Source of the DNA: a virus
Taxonomy: Duplodnaviria > Caudoviricetes
IMG/VR virus record: IMGVR_UViG_3300049259_000022
Location: 1-55,505 of that record
DNA: 55,505 bases
Reading direction: 5' to 3' (one strand)
Notes under the pieces: model-generated
Seen by the model: only the letters and a program-made list of their open reading frames with translations
What the model was told of the DNA's origin: nothing
Databases searched by the model: none
Made by a program: the position numbers and the translations under genes
Shown: piece by piece, positions 18,212 through 27,538 of the stretch
Layout of the letters: every line of letters begins with the position of its first letter
Position numbering within the stretch: the first letter of the stretch is position 1

Positions 18212-18516
18212 TTACGCTCCTCCGGATTATAGCAGATGATGCACTCGTCGTGACGAACATCATTAGCACGATACCAGCAGGTACCGTTAGGCGAGTCCTT
18301 GCAGGGCCAGACTGTACCCATAGTCGGACGGTTATTGAGACCGAAGAACTTCTGAGCCTCTCCTTCGACCTTCTCTCTAGTGAGTCTGATATCCTGATCG
18401 AGCTTGGAGGTGACTATGTAGCGAGCCGATATCATGTCAGCGATGTCACTCGTAAGGCGCTGCATCCTGTTACTGTGACGCTTCAGGCCCGGTGTACTAC
18501 TTCCCATCGTTCTCAT
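18208..18516 (-). CDS. hypothetical zinc-finger protein
   Basis: C..SP.G.C.Y...CIIC..PEERK. Confidence 0.6.
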   Translation of the reverse strand: MRTMGSSTPGLKRHSNRMQRLTSDIADMISARYIVTSKLDQDIRLTREKVEGEAQKFFGLNNRPTMGTVWPCKDSPNGTCWYRANDVRHDECIICYNPEERK

Positions 18517-18712
18517 CCTCTTCCAGGGGCACCATGATCAACTCGACTTCGTAGACGGAGATGATATACTGGTTGCCCTTCTCGTCGCACACCAGTATCG
18601 TGGCCTGGGAGCGAGACCTTTTATGAAACCACTCCATCCATTCGCCGACGGTCCAGGGGTGCTCGACGAAGATCTGCTTCTGGGACTTTAAGTGCACAAT
18701 TGCGCGAGGCAT
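18497..18712 (-). CDS. small hypothetical protein
   Basis: Start trimmed to ATG 18712 (MPRAIVHLK) after AGGAG. Confidence 0.55.
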   Translation of the reverse strand: MPRAIVHLKSQKQIFVEHPWTVGEWMEWFHKRSRSQATILVCDEKGNQYIISVYEVELIMVPLEEDENDGK

Positions 18713-18713
18713 C

Positions 18714-19172
18714 TCACTCCTCCTGTTCCACGGTCTCAGCGCCAGGTTTCTGTGGAGGTACTGGTACGATGGGCACGGAGATCGTCTGTCCCGGTGCGAG
18801 TTGCGGCTCGACCGGAGCAATCTCCTTTGGTGCAGCCGCTGCCTTCTTGGCTGGATTGCCTGACCTAGCGGCCTTCTTTCGCGGGAGAGCCTTGCGCGGC
18901 TCTCTGGCCGGAACCTGCTTAACCGTGACTGCAACCTCTTGGCGAACCTCGCCTGTCTCTGCGACCTGGTCGAAGTACCGATCGAAGGTCTCGGGGTCCT
19001 CGGTGATCAGTTCAGCCATAGTGTGCAGCGCCTCGCGCTGAGCCTTGAGCTCATCGTCCAGCTGTGCATACTCGTAGGGCGCTTCGGGATGTTTCACCTT
19101 CTTTACGGCCGCCGCATTGAGCTGGTTGGCGGTCGGGGCAATCACTGCGCTGATGCGCTTTGCTGTCGTCAT
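18714..19172 (-). CDS. hypothetical protein with basic Lys/Ala-rich segment
   Basis: RBS AGGAGG; PRKKAARSGNPAKKAAAAPK. Confidence 0.65.
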   Translation of the reverse strand: MTTAKRISAVIAPTANQLNAAAVKKVKHPEAPYEYAQLDDELKAQREALHTMAELITEDPETFDRYFDQVAETGEVRQEVAVTVKQVPAREPRKALPRKKAARSGNPAKKAAAAPKEIAPVEPQLAPGQTISVPIVPVPPQKPGAETVEQEE

Positions 19173-19190
19173 CTCGTCCTCCTGGAACGG

Positions 19191-19631
19191 TTATCGCTTC
19201 TCGGTTCTGCCTGGATCTGGGAACCTTGTGGCAGGCGGTGGGGGTGGTGGTGCAGGAAGAATCGGTATAGCCTTACGTTGACCAGACATGTTCGGCGCTG
19301 GAGGCAAGTGCATCATCTGTCCGTTGCGCATCTGGCGCAGGAAGTTTGGATTGCAGGCAGGATCAACGCAGTCCTTGACATCGTGTGACCAGGACTCCTC
19401 TGAGAACATCTCGTGCTCCATGCGGGCAATCGACCAGCGCACCTGGGGCCAGGAAAGCTTCGTGTTAAAGCGCTTCTGGTTAGGTGTACGGCGCTCGATC
19501 TTGTGCGGACGAGAAAGCCACAGAAGGCCGGACTTCATCCCATTCCAGATCAGCTCAATCCAGTTGTAGCAAATCTGGAGAATCCAGCCAATGACGAAGC
19601 AGGTACCAAAGATTATGATGTCAGCTGACAT
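19191..19631 (-). CDS. putative membrane protein
   Basis: N-terminal hydrophobic helix IIIFGTCFVIGWILQICY. Confidence 0.6.
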   Translation of the reverse strand: MSADIIIFGTCFVIGWILQICYNWIELIWNGMKSGLLWLSRPHKIERRTPNQKRFNTKLSWPQVRWSIARMEHEMFSEESWSHDVKDCVDPACNPNFLRQMRNGQMMHLPPAPNMSGQRKAIPILPAPPPPPPATRFPDPGRTEKR

Positions 19632-21165
19632 TACCCCTCACAGCCGTTAGGAGTGACTCGCGGGTCACTGGGTCAAGGTTGTTCGCCACAGCCTGTCGGT
19701 ATGCCTCGATAGGGCTGAAGTACCGCAGCGCTCGGGCTACCTTGATCTGTGGCCGCAAGCCCCAGGTGATCGACGCCAGCGGTCCGGCCTGGATCAGCCC
19801 ACGAATCTCGGTGGCAATGTTCATCACCATTTCGGCTTGCATGTTGTTCAGCTGCCAGCCATCGTGCGACACATGCTTCTGGATGATACCGAGCTCAACG
19901 GCATCCTCAGGCATCGGGATCTCGATGTGCATCAGCCGGTTCGTGTCGGCATCCGCCAGCGATTCTGCGCCCACATTACGAAGGTCCCAGGCTGGGTTCA
20001 TCGCGAAGCCCATGTACGTGAAGTCGGTGGGCCTAATCGTCTCGCCTACGTTGACATCCATGATGAGCTGCTTGGAGTTGTCGATCAGCGGCCGGAAGAA
20101 CTGCTGGACATCCTTTGGTCCGAGGTTCCACTCGTCCACACACAGCCAGCATATAGTCTGGTATGCTTGTACGAACCGACCATAGGAGAAGAAGGTCCCC
20201 TTCTCGGGTGAGAAGTGAGGTCGACCAGCCAGGTCGTCGAGTTCCGACGAGCCTGTGATCGTGAACCTCTCGAAGGGCATTCCGCACATCCAGGCTAGGT
20301 GACGGAACAGTTCCGTCTTGCCGGTACCAGGCTCGCCCCATACGCCAGGAGCCATGCCGAGCTTGGTGATGTGTACCGAGACCGCATACACGCCGCCGAA
20401 GTGATCGACATACTCGTCTGGGTGTTCCTTCTGGCCGCTGCGTGGGATCTTTGCCTGGGCAGCCTCGCCAAAGATACTGTCCGTGAAAATAGGGAGGTAG
20501 ATCTCCTGGCCGGGCGTCTGCTCGAAGTCGGGATCAGGGTTCTTGATCTCCCGCCATGCGATGATGCCCTGCGCCTTGTCTAGATCCGACAACTCCTTAT
20601 CAGAGTTGTAGTCCCTGGGGTCCCCAACGAGGAGGTCTGCGATCCCGGACGCCTCAGCTCCACCAAAGTTCTCCATGAGCTCAGGGAACAGCGTTACGCC
20701 GTTAGTAGACCTGTCGATCATCCCGGTCTGACCTTCAGTGCAAGCCTCAGCGGCGGCGCGAAGCTCAGTACCTAGAAGGAGTTCACCCTTCTTCTTGCAA
20801 AGAGGTGTCGTCCAGCTGAGTTCCTCCATGACCACATCCTCGGGCGCGTAGAACTTGCACGCGGCACACGAGGGAGGCTTAGAAACAATCGGCGGTACGC
20901 CACCAGAAGATGAGGCGAAGAGTCCGATGGCGATCGGAAAGACATTGACGGCCTTCTTCTGCGGACGCGCCTGTCCATACTGGTCACAAGTCGCCGCATA
21001 GAACTCTGCAAGCTTTCTTGTGCTTCGGTCGGGGAGTCCGATCTTTCCGAACACCTTGCCGTACCTGGCGCAGACTGGTGCACCGATCGACTTTCCGAAG
21101 TGCGTAGCGGCCTGTTGCTTCGTGAGATAACTCGGGCAGTTCTCACATGACAGTGCGGATGACAC
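19621..21165 (-). CDS. MoxR/CobS-family AAA+ ATPase with Cys-rich N-terminus
   Basis: Walker A GEPGTGKT, Walker B CVDEWN, AMNP sensor, NRL arginine finger. Confidence 0.9.
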   Translation of the reverse strand: MSSALSCENCPSYLTKQQAATHFGKSIGAPVCARYGKVFGKIGLPDRSTRKLAEFYAATCDQYGQARPQKKAVNVFPIAIGLFASSSGGVPPIVSKPPSCAACKFYAPEDVVMEELSWTTPLCKKKGELLLGTELRAAAEACTEGQTGMIDRSTNGVTLFPELMENFGGAEASGIADLLVGDPRDYNSDKELSDLDKAQGIIAWREIKNPDPDFEQTPGQEIYLPIFTDSIFGEAAQAKIPRSGQKEHPDEYVDHFGGVYAVSVHITKLGMAPGVWGEPGTGKTELFRHLAWMCGMPFERFTITGSSELDDLAGRPHFSPEKGTFFSYGRFVQAYQTICWLCVDEWNLGPKDVQQFFRPLIDNSKQLIMDVNVGETIRPTDFTYMGFAMNPAWDLRNVGAESLADADTNRLMHIEIPMPEDAVELGIIQKHVSHDGWQLNNMQAEMVMNIATEIRGLIQAGPLASITWGLRPQIKVARALRYFSPIEAYRQAVANNLDPVTRESLLTAVRGNVS

Positions 21166-21199
21166 TGAGGGTCTCCATCATCTAATGGGAAGTTGGTAT

Positions 21200-21760
21200 T
21201 CAGGCGGACATGCGACGTTCGTACTGTTCTCGCCTTTCGGCGGCCTGGTGTGTAGGGCATAAGAAGATTGGCAGACCCTTGTCGAACATCAGGGCGAGAT
21301 CACTGGTTCTACCACAGCGCTCGCCTACGCTACCAACTTCGAGCCACCATCCGCACCTGTTACCGTTGCGCTGCACGGGAGCGTAGATAGCCCCTCCGGT
21401 GCGTTCGGTGTTGTGCTGATCGAGGCGAATGGACCACGCCTGGACTATCTGCATCTTCTTGAGTTCGTAGCGAGCGCGCTTCAGGTCCATGAAGAAGTCG
21501 ATAGGAATGTTACAGCCGACCTGAAGCTTGATCTCAATCAGTCGCGTCGAGTGATGCGAGGGGTCGAGAGTGTTGAACCGACTGACGTCATACTCGGTGA
21601 ACAGCTCGAAGAATGGTCCGTACTGCACGACAGCAAAGTCGTCACCATACTCCTTGCGCTTTGGGTTGCGCAGAGGCTCCTCGATACCGACTATAAGGTA
21701 CGGCCTGGCGCGTACCCCCCAATCCAGAGGGTCCATGACCTGGAACCGTGTAATCTTCAT
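21200..21760 (-). CDS. hypothetical protein with C-terminal Zn-finger
   Basis: RCGW...RCG...LCPTH; RBS GAGGAG before ATG 21760. Confidence 0.6.
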   Translation of the reverse strand: MKITRFQVMDPLDWGVRARPYLIVGIEEPLRNPKRKEYGDDFAVVQYGPFFELFTEYDVSRFNTLDPSHHSTRLIEIKLQVGCNIPIDFFMDLKRARYELKKMQIVQAWSIRLDQHNTERTGGAIYAPVQRNGNRCGWWLEVGSVGERCGRTSDLALMFDKGLPIFLCPTHQAAERREQYERRMSA

Positions 21761-21812
21761 GACTGACTCCTCGGGCGAGTGGGATTGGGGGGCACACATG
21801 GTACGCCGCCTT

Positions 21813-22358
21813 CTACTTGATGTCGAATCGGCTGCGGAGCATCGCAGCGTGCTTCTCGAGTTCAGTGACCTCGATACTCAGCCACTCCTTGTCGGAATCC
21901 TCAGGCTCTTCTTCGCCCGCCAGAATTGCATCGCGGCGAAGCTCCTCGTACTTCTTCTCGAGGTCGACGGGGAAGAGGAACTCCTCAAATACCGGAGTGA
22001 ACACTTCCCAGAAGTGCTTGAGGTCGTTCTTCTTCTGACCCGGCACGAAGATCTCGGTCCAGGCTGCGTCGAGAACCGGGAACAGGGTAGTCTCAACCTC
22101 GAACGCTGGCACGCCAACCACGGAGGTCAGTCGATCGCCGTAGCGTTCCACCCGCGCCCAGGCGATGTACACCTCGAAGGACTCGGCAAGGGCACTGCGG
22201 AACCCTCGACCGTATTCCTCGCGCTTCTTGAACGCCTGCGTCGACTCGCCGTCCTTCTGCTCGGGGTACATCTTTGACCAGTTGTTGATGTACTTACTAA
22301 CGAACAGGTCACCCCCGCTGAACTCTTCCACTTCGAAGCGCAGCTCCATACTGCGCAC
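21813..22358 (-). CDS. hypothetical protein
   Basis: 181-aa ORF, RBS GGAGG. Confidence 0.65.
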   Translation of the reverse strand: MRSMELRFEVEEFSGGDLFVSKYINNWSKMYPEQKDGESTQAFKKREEYGRGFRSALAESFEVYIAWARVERYGDRLTSVVGVPAFEVETTLFPVLDAAWTEIFVPGQKKNDLKHFWEVFTPVFEEFLFPVDLEKKYEELRRDAILAGEEEPEDSDKEWLSIEVTELEKHAAMLRSRFDIK

Positions 22359-22362
22359 CTCC

Positions 22363-22773
22363 CTACTGGATGCGACGAAGGACCGTGAGTCGATCGTCGG
22401 ACTTCATGGACAGATTGGCCGTGCTGTTCTTGAACGTGAAGTGTCGATACTCCACCAGCTCATCCAGCTCGGACGTTGGAACGATCTCGGCATACTTCTT
22501 CTCGATGTCGACGCTGTCCACCGAGCCTCCGTTCATCAGCGGAAGTCGATCGTCCACCTGGACATCCCCAGCCGTGACCAGCAGCTCATCGTAGCCGACG
22601 GATAACAGGGCGACCCTTCGAGCCTCGACGGCGAAGTCCACCACCTGCTGAACGTCGGAGAACTGGAAGCGCTCCATCTCCCGGCCCTCCATCCAGGTGT
22701 CCAGGAAATAGCCGTCCGGGTGCGGCGTGAGGGTGACACTGTTCAGGACAGGGATGGCAACCTTCTTGGGCAC
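22363..22773 (-). CDS. hypothetical protein
   Basis: GTG 22773 coupled to the upstream TAG. Confidence 0.6.
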   Translation of the reverse strand: MPKKVAIPVLNSVTLTPHPDGYFLDTWMEGREMERFQFSDVQQVVDFAVEARRVALLSVGYDELLVTAGDVQVDDRLPLMNGGSVDSVDIEKKYAEIVPTSELDELVEYRHFTFKNSTANLSMKSDDRLTVLRRIQ

Positions 22774-23126
22774 TACTGCTCCTTTGCGTTGAAGAACTGC
22801 TGCTTCCATTCGCGGGGCATCTCACCGGCGGCAATCGCCCTGTCAAGCTCATTCCAGGTGTCAGCGAGGTGTTGCTGATGAATCCCCTCGTTGCCGTCAT
22901 CCTCGTTAATCGACGCCTGCAGTTCGGCAAATACGGTGCGCATCTGCCGGAGATACAGGTCACCACGATTCAGGCCATCCTGACGTGGTGTCACTTCCGA
23001 GCGGAAGATCGCGTTGCCGAGCTCCTCGGTCATGTCCTGGTTGCCGCCAGGCCAGTTGCGATACAGGTACTCGTAGAGCTCGTGAGCTCGCCTGTTGTCA
23101 TCGATAATCCAGATGATGCGAGCCAT
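22773..23126 (-). CDS. hypothetical protein
   Basis: TGATG coupling with the upstream gene. Confidence 0.6.
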   Translation of the reverse strand: MARIIWIIDDNRRAHELYEYLYRNWPGGNQDMTEELGNAIFRSEVTPRQDGLNRGDLYLRQMRTVFAELQASINEDDGNEGIHQQHLADTWNELDRAIAAGEMPREWKQQFFNAKEQ

Positions 23127-23857
23127 CAGATGGTGCCGTCGAAGCTGCCGATGACCTTGCTGTGAACGGTACTGGCCTGTACCTTGGTCGCCGCGTCGGC
23201 GAACGACTGCGCCAGGAACTCCGCGCCCTTTTCAGTGACGGCCTTCAGGACGGCGGTCTTCGCATCGGTCATCGTTGCCTTGAGATCTTCGTTGAACTTG
23301 CGGTCGAGCTCGGTACCGATGAACTTCTTGAGCTTGCCCTTGTGACCGTCGCCCCGGTCGTAGTCGTGGCGACCTGGCTCGGCCAGCGCCTCGGCGAGGA
23401 ACTTCTCGGTCTGAGTACTGACGACCTCGGCCAGCGTCGTTGGGTCACCCTTGGGCTTGCCGGTCCAGTCGACTGGCTGGAATGAACGCTCGAGCGCCTC
23501 GTCCACGATCCGTCCGAGTCGAGCACTGATCTCGGCGTCGAGTCGGTCCTTGAAGGACTTACCCTGGAGGGATTGCTTGACGAGCTGGTCGGCTACCATA
23601 CCCATGATCTGAGACCTGATGTCGCCGCTCGGCGTGCCCGTCGGGCCATCCTCGTCGTACTCCATGCCGAAGTACTGCATGACCTCGTCGAGGTTGACGT
23701 TGAAGGTGACCGGAGCGAAGGTATGTACAACTCGCTTCGGCTCGTCAGCTGGAAGCTCCGGCGGCAGCTCGTTGTTCGGAGTCGAACGGGGCCAGGGAGC
23801 CTCGCTGGTTGGCTCGTTGGCGATCCCGAACCACTCGTCCTTGTTATCGTCACTCAC
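23126..23857 (-). CDS. hypothetical helical protein
   Basis: 243 aa, coupled at both ends. Confidence 0.7.
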   Translation of the reverse strand: MSDDNKDEWFGIANEPTSEAPWPRSTPNNELPPELPADEPKRVVHTFAPVTFNVNLDEVMQYFGMEYDEDGPTGTPSGDIRSQIMGMVADQLVKQSLQGKSFKDRLDAEISARLGRIVDEALERSFQPVDWTGKPKGDPTTLAEVVSTQTEKFLAEALAEPGRHDYDRGDGHKGKLKKFIGTELDRKFNEDLKATMTDAKTAVLKAVTEKGAEFLAQSFADAATKVQASTVHSKVIGSFDGTI

Positions 23858-24084
23858 TTGCTGTTCTCCTCGTCTTCATCGTCGTACTCTTCCGGGTCAT
23901 CCTGACCCAGATACTCCTCGCCACCTTCACCTGAGATCCGCACGGTCGCAGGTCCCATCTGAGACACCTCGGCAGCATACGTCTCCATCTCACCCGAGAT
24001 GGCGGTGATGACGTGATGATCAGGGTTGAACTCCCGGAGCTTCTCGATGAGCTCCTTCACAGTGATCTTTTCGGGTCTGCTCAC
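23854..24084 (-). CDS. small hypothetical protein
   Basis: TVKELIEKLREFNPD pattern common in small phage proteins. Confidence 0.6.
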   Translation of the reverse strand: MSRPEKITVKELIEKLREFNPDHHVITAISGEMETYAAEVSQMGPATVRISGEGGEEYLGQDDPEEYDDEDEENSK

Positions 24085-24578
24085 TTGCTCTCCTTCTGGC
24101 ACAGCTGCCACTTGGCGGTGAACTGCGGATAGATGATCGCGTACGCTTGCTTGGCCTTGAGGGTGTTAGCGTTCAGCTTGGACACCTTCTCGGCCGCCGC
24201 GTTCATCACATTCTTGTCCTGTGAGTACAGGGCAACTCCGGCCTGCTTCATTGCGTCGATGAGGGGCTCGGAAGAATCTGCCATCGTGACGGCGTTGGTA
24301 GACAGCGCCGCAGCCAGTGCAATAGCATCCTTACACGACTGCGGCTGCTGGACCTCGATGATCTTCTCGGGAACGGGCTGCTTGGCAGGCACGTACACGG
24401 TGTGAACAGGCCCGACCTCGTGCTTGACGATCGTCTTGGGCGGACCCCAGATGCTCATACCAGCACCGAAGCAGATGATCCCAAAGGCGGCATACCACTT
24501 CAGGTGTTGCTTCCACCAGGAACGCGATGGTCCAGCTGGTGGAGTAGTGCCCGTGTATCGTTCGGTTGGGAGGTTCAT
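24081..24578 (-). CDS. putative membrane-anchored protein
   Basis: TM segment WYAAFGIICFGAGMSIWG; start ATG 24578 overlaps the upstream stop. Confidence 0.6.
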   Translation of the reverse strand: MNLPTERYTGTTPPAGPSRSWWKQHLKWYAAFGIICFGAGMSIWGPPKTIVKHEVGPVHTVYVPAKQPVPEKIIEVQQPQSCKDAIALAAALSTNAVTMADSSEPLIDAMKQAGVALYSQDKNVMNAAAEKVSKLNANTLKAKQAYAIIYPQFTAKWQLCQKESK

Positions 24579-25192
24579 TCGCTGTCCTCCTCTTCCTTGC
24601 CGTCGACGTACTCGATGACCTCGGGGTGATCCTTCTCGCAGTCCGGGCCGATGCCGTAGTGGATGGACCTGGGGTCTGTGAGGGTCTTGCCGCAGATCAT
24701 GCACCGACCGAGCTCGGAGGCATACGCCTGGCCTGCGCCCATCGGGTCGACAATCGCCAGGATGAGATACGACTGCATGTTGGGTTGGCCGACCCACAGC
24801 CACTCGTCCTTACGAAGCGCGTTCTCGGAGTTGAGAGGGCGGTACATCAACAGTGGCTTCAGGTTGTCGCTGTGCTGGGACTGTACCTGGATGCAGCCGA
24901 GCCACTTAGACCGCTTGCCGAACCGGCGACTGATGCGCAGGAAGCGGTAGTGATCCCTCTCGTCCTGGCGTACGGCGTAGTACCCGTCCGGGGTCGTCTC
25001 CAGCATAGCCAGCGGCACGGTCGTGCGGGGCTGCATGGCATGTGGGACGGCCGCTGGGGGTGTCGGCGGGGGATTGGTCACCCCGACCGGAGCGGACGCG
25101 TTAGACGGGCTCGTAGCGGCCCAGCACTGACGCGATTCCTCGACGGACCCATGCCTGTGTTCGAGTCCATTCTTGCATAGTATACTAGCCAT
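24575..25192 (-). CDS. DUF6011-like zinc-finger protein
   Basis: GRCMICGKTLTDPRSIHYGIGPDC; RBS AGGAGG 9 nt before ATG 25192. Confidence 0.75.
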   Translation of the reverse strand: MASILCKNGLEHRHGSVEESRQCWAATSPSNASAPVGVTNPPPTPPAAVPHAMQPRTTVPLAMLETTPDGYYAVRQDERDHYRFLRISRRFGKRSKWLGCIQVQSQHSDNLKPLLMYRPLNSENALRKDEWLWVGQPNMQSYLILAIVDPMGAGQAYASELGRCMICGKTLTDPRSIHYGIGPDCEKDHPEVIEYVDGKEEEDSE

Positions 25193-25341
25193 ACTTCTCA
25201 TCCTCCTGGGATGGTAAGGTGAATAACCTTCTAGGGCAGTACGGACGTGGCCAGGCGGGGGGGGTAATGCCTGCGCCATGCGAGGGGTGTCGGGGGAGGC
25301 ACCACACTCTCGCCCGTACTGCCTTAGTAAGCTATTCACAA

Positions 25342-25400
25342 GTCACGCCAGGCGGGTGACGCGTGTCCGGACTCCGCTAGTGCGGTCCGCCTGGCGTGAC
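25342..25400 (-). terminator. long-stem hairpin (terminator or processing site)
   Basis: Perfect 14-bp stem GTCACGCCAGGCGG/CCGCCTGGCGTGAC with a 31-nt interior, just past a stop codon. Confidence 0.55.
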
Positions 25401-25409
25401 GACTGTGGG

Positions 25410-25706
25410 TTACATCAGTGAAGCGGGCACCTTGCGGCGCTTGGCGATCGGCCGCGACTTGCGAGGCGGCGTCGGCTTCTCGGGCTCCTGGTTCGGGTGC
25501 TCCTGATCGAACAGACGCTGCCGGATCTTGCTTGCCTCCTTGCAGTCACCAGCGCCCCGTTCGTTCAGGAGTTGGAGTTGTACCTCGTCGGAACGCTGAT
25601 TGCGAGCTGTACGACGAGCCGAAGCTTCATTGCGCTTCTGCTCTCGCAGTGCACGTCGGATGACTGGCTTTCGACTGCCAGCGGGATTTGGGTTCTGACT
25701 CTTCAC
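25410..25706 (-). CDS. small basic hypothetical protein
   Basis: Arg/Lys-rich 98 aa; RS.E.QL..L..RG.G..KE pattern. Confidence 0.6.
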   Translation of the reverse strand: MKSQNPNPAGSRKPVIRRALREQKRNEASARRTARNQRSDEVQLQLLNERGAGDCKEASKIRQRLFDQEHPNQEPEKPTPPRKSRPIAKRRKVPASLM

Positions 25707-25732
25707 GGCTTTACCCTTTCACGAGAGTCTTG

Positions 25733-25831
25733 TTACATTCTACCGGAAAACATGATCGAGCTCAAAACGGCCAAGATGCAAACCGTTAGAGCAATGACTG
25801 TAAGCTCAGTCTTGTGTTGCCGCCAGCCCAT
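25733..25831 (-). CDS. small membrane peptide (32 aa)
   Basis: Manual translation MGWRQHKTELTVIALTVCILAVLSSIMFSGRM*. Confidence 0.4.
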   Translation of the reverse strand: MGWRQHKTELTVIALTVCILAVLSSIMFSGRM

Positions 25832-25846
25832 GGTGCAGAAGGTTCC

Positions 25847-26422
25847 TTACTTCGTGAAGATGGTGGAGTCGTACTCGAAGCTGGGAGTCAGCTCGAAGAC
25901 GACATCTTTCGGGTTGGCGACGCCGAATACTACACGGTACTTCCCCTGGCGTCCATTGAGGATCTTGGTGTCGAGCGAGCCGTCGATCCCCTTCGCCGAG
26001 TCGAACACCTGGCCACCCTCGACATCCGCGCTCTGGACGGACTCCTGTGTCATCGACGGGTCGAACGGCTTGCCAGTCTTGTTGACCAGCGTGACCGTGA
26101 AGACGACGAAGTACTTGAAGCTTCCGTCGGCCGAGGCGGTGTCCGAAGGCTTGTACGCCTTGGGAGCGGACACGGTTGCGGACAGCCCGTTCTCCCAGGT
26201 GTACGCCTTGTCGAACTTGACCGTACCGTCGTCGGTCGGGGTCGGGGTGGGCGTCTCGGACGGCTCTGTCACGGCGACATCCGGCGTGCTGGTCGGTGCA
26301 GACGAAGGAGCAGCGTTCGTACCGGTGGGCTGCGTGGAGGCAACCTCTCCGGTGACGCCACCGCAGGCGGCCAGCAACACGAGGGACAGACTGGATATTG
26401 CGAGGATACTGATGCGCTTCAT
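25847..26422 (-). CDS. lipoprotein
   Basis: MKR + hydrophobic stretch + LAAC lipobox, Thr/Pro linker, beta-rich domain. Confidence 0.8.
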   Translation of the reverse strand: MKRISILAISSLSLVLLAACGGVTGEVASTQPTGTNAAPSSAPTSTPDVAVTEPSETPTPTPTDDGTVKFDKAYTWENGLSATVSAPKAYKPSDTASADGSFKYFVVFTVTLVNKTGKPFDPSMTQESVQSADVEGGQVFDSAKGIDGSLDTKILNGRQGKYRVVFGVANPKDVVFELTPSFEYDSTIFTK

Positions 26423-26458
26423 TTCGTTCTCACTCTCCTGGAATGGTTGTGTACTGCG

Positions 26459-26532
<74 letters not shown>

Positions 26533-26574
26533 TAAGCCGTCCCCCCTCCCGCCCAGAAGAGGGGACGGCGGTCT

Positions 26575-26694
26575 TCAGTTCCAGCCGCCTGCACCCGGAG
26601 AGGGTTCACAGGCTACTGCCGCCAGGGCCATGATGCCCAGTGCGACGATGGTCAGACGCACGCCCGAGGGAAGGCGCATGAATGCGCTGATCAT
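26575..26694 (-). CDS. very small putative lipoprotein (39 aa)
   Basis: Manual translation MISAFMRLPSGVRLTIVALGIMALAAVACEPSPGAGGWN*; ATGA overlap; AVAC lipobox. Confidence 0.5.
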   Translation of the reverse strand: MISAFMRLPSGVRLTIVALGIMALAAVACEPSPGAGGWN

Positions 26695-27293
26695 CCGTCA
26701 GTCGACTGCAGGTACGTCTGGGTCACCGGAAGGCTGAGACCCGGGACGCACAGCGCCCAGACCTTGACCTTCAGCGGCGGGCTGTCGCTCGTCGCGCCCG
26801 CGTTCCCGCCGAACTGAACGACCCAGCCGTCGAGACGGTTCGCCTTCGGCAGGTTCGTGGTCCAGTCCATCCGGCCCGGGAACGACGAGCTGACCGGGGT
26901 GTTGCGCGCCAGGCTGGTCGCGTCCACGAGGGTCTGTGCGCCGCCGCTGATGGCCGTATCGGTGACCTTCTTGCAGGCGACCGTGGCGATGGCTCCCGCG
27001 TTCGTGTCGCCCTTGTCGTAGTAGGCGACCGAGTAGTACGCGCCAGTGAGGGTGTCGCCGTCCTTCAGGAACGCATCCCGGTCGGCCGGAACGATCTTCG
27101 ACTTCGGCAGCGAGTTGTCCACGACCTGGGCGGCCGCGACGGAACGATTGCAGAGTGGATACGTCAGGGTCTTGCAGTCCGGCTTGACGGCGGCCGACGA
27201 GATGGCGACGATGCCGACGGTGCCCATTGCGGCGACGGCACCTGCGACGACCAGTCGCTTCCAACCCTTGTTGATCAGGTTCTTGACCTGCAT
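26691..27293 (-). CDS. secreted protein
   Basis: Signal peptide KGWKRLVVAGAVAAMGTVGIVAISSAA; paired Cys; RBS AGGAG. Confidence 0.7.
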   Translation of the reverse strand: MQVKNLINKGWKRLVVAGAVAAMGTVGIVAISSAAVKPDCKTLTYPLCNRSVAAAQVVDNSLPKSKIVPADRDAFLKDGDTLTGAYYSVAYYDKGDTNAGAIATVACKKVTDTAISGGAQTLVDATSLARNTPVSSSFPGRMDWTTNLPKANRLDGWVVQFGGNAGATSDSPPLKVKVWALCVPGLSLPVTQTYLQSTDG

Positions 27294-27325
27294 TGCTTCA
27301 TCTCCTAGATGAGAACAGTAGGACA

Positions 27326-27391
27326 GCTCGCATCGTCCGTGCATCCTGGGAGGTTCCGAATCCAGGTGCGTACAACACGGACGATGCGAGC
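27326..27391. repeat. 16-bp perfect inverted repeat with 34-nt interior
   Basis: GCTCGCATCGTCCGTG / CACGGACGATGCGAGC. Confidence 0.8.
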
Positions 27392-27460
27392 CTTGGTAGA
27401 ACAGAACTGCGTTAAGTGTGGGGCTTGAGCCCCGATTTTATTAGTGTCTCACGGACACCG

Positions 27461-27534
27461 AGCGCCGGGCAGGACTTGAACCTGCTTGCTCTCACCTGGA
27501 AGGTGAGCGCTCATTCCATACGAGCATCCGGCGC
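27461..27534 (-). tRNA. tRNA-Gly(TCC)
   Basis: GCGCCGG/CCGGCGC acceptor, U73, CTCAC-CTTCCAG-GTGAG anticodon arm, GCAGG-TTCAAGT-CCTGC T arm. Confidence 0.88.
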
Positions 27535-27538
27535 ACAT

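Noticed and set aside
27395-27460. HDV-like (theta) ribozyme at a tRNA 3' end
   Set aside because: Only two simple hairpins follow tRNA-Gly; no nested double pseudoknot could be built here or after the other two tRNAs.
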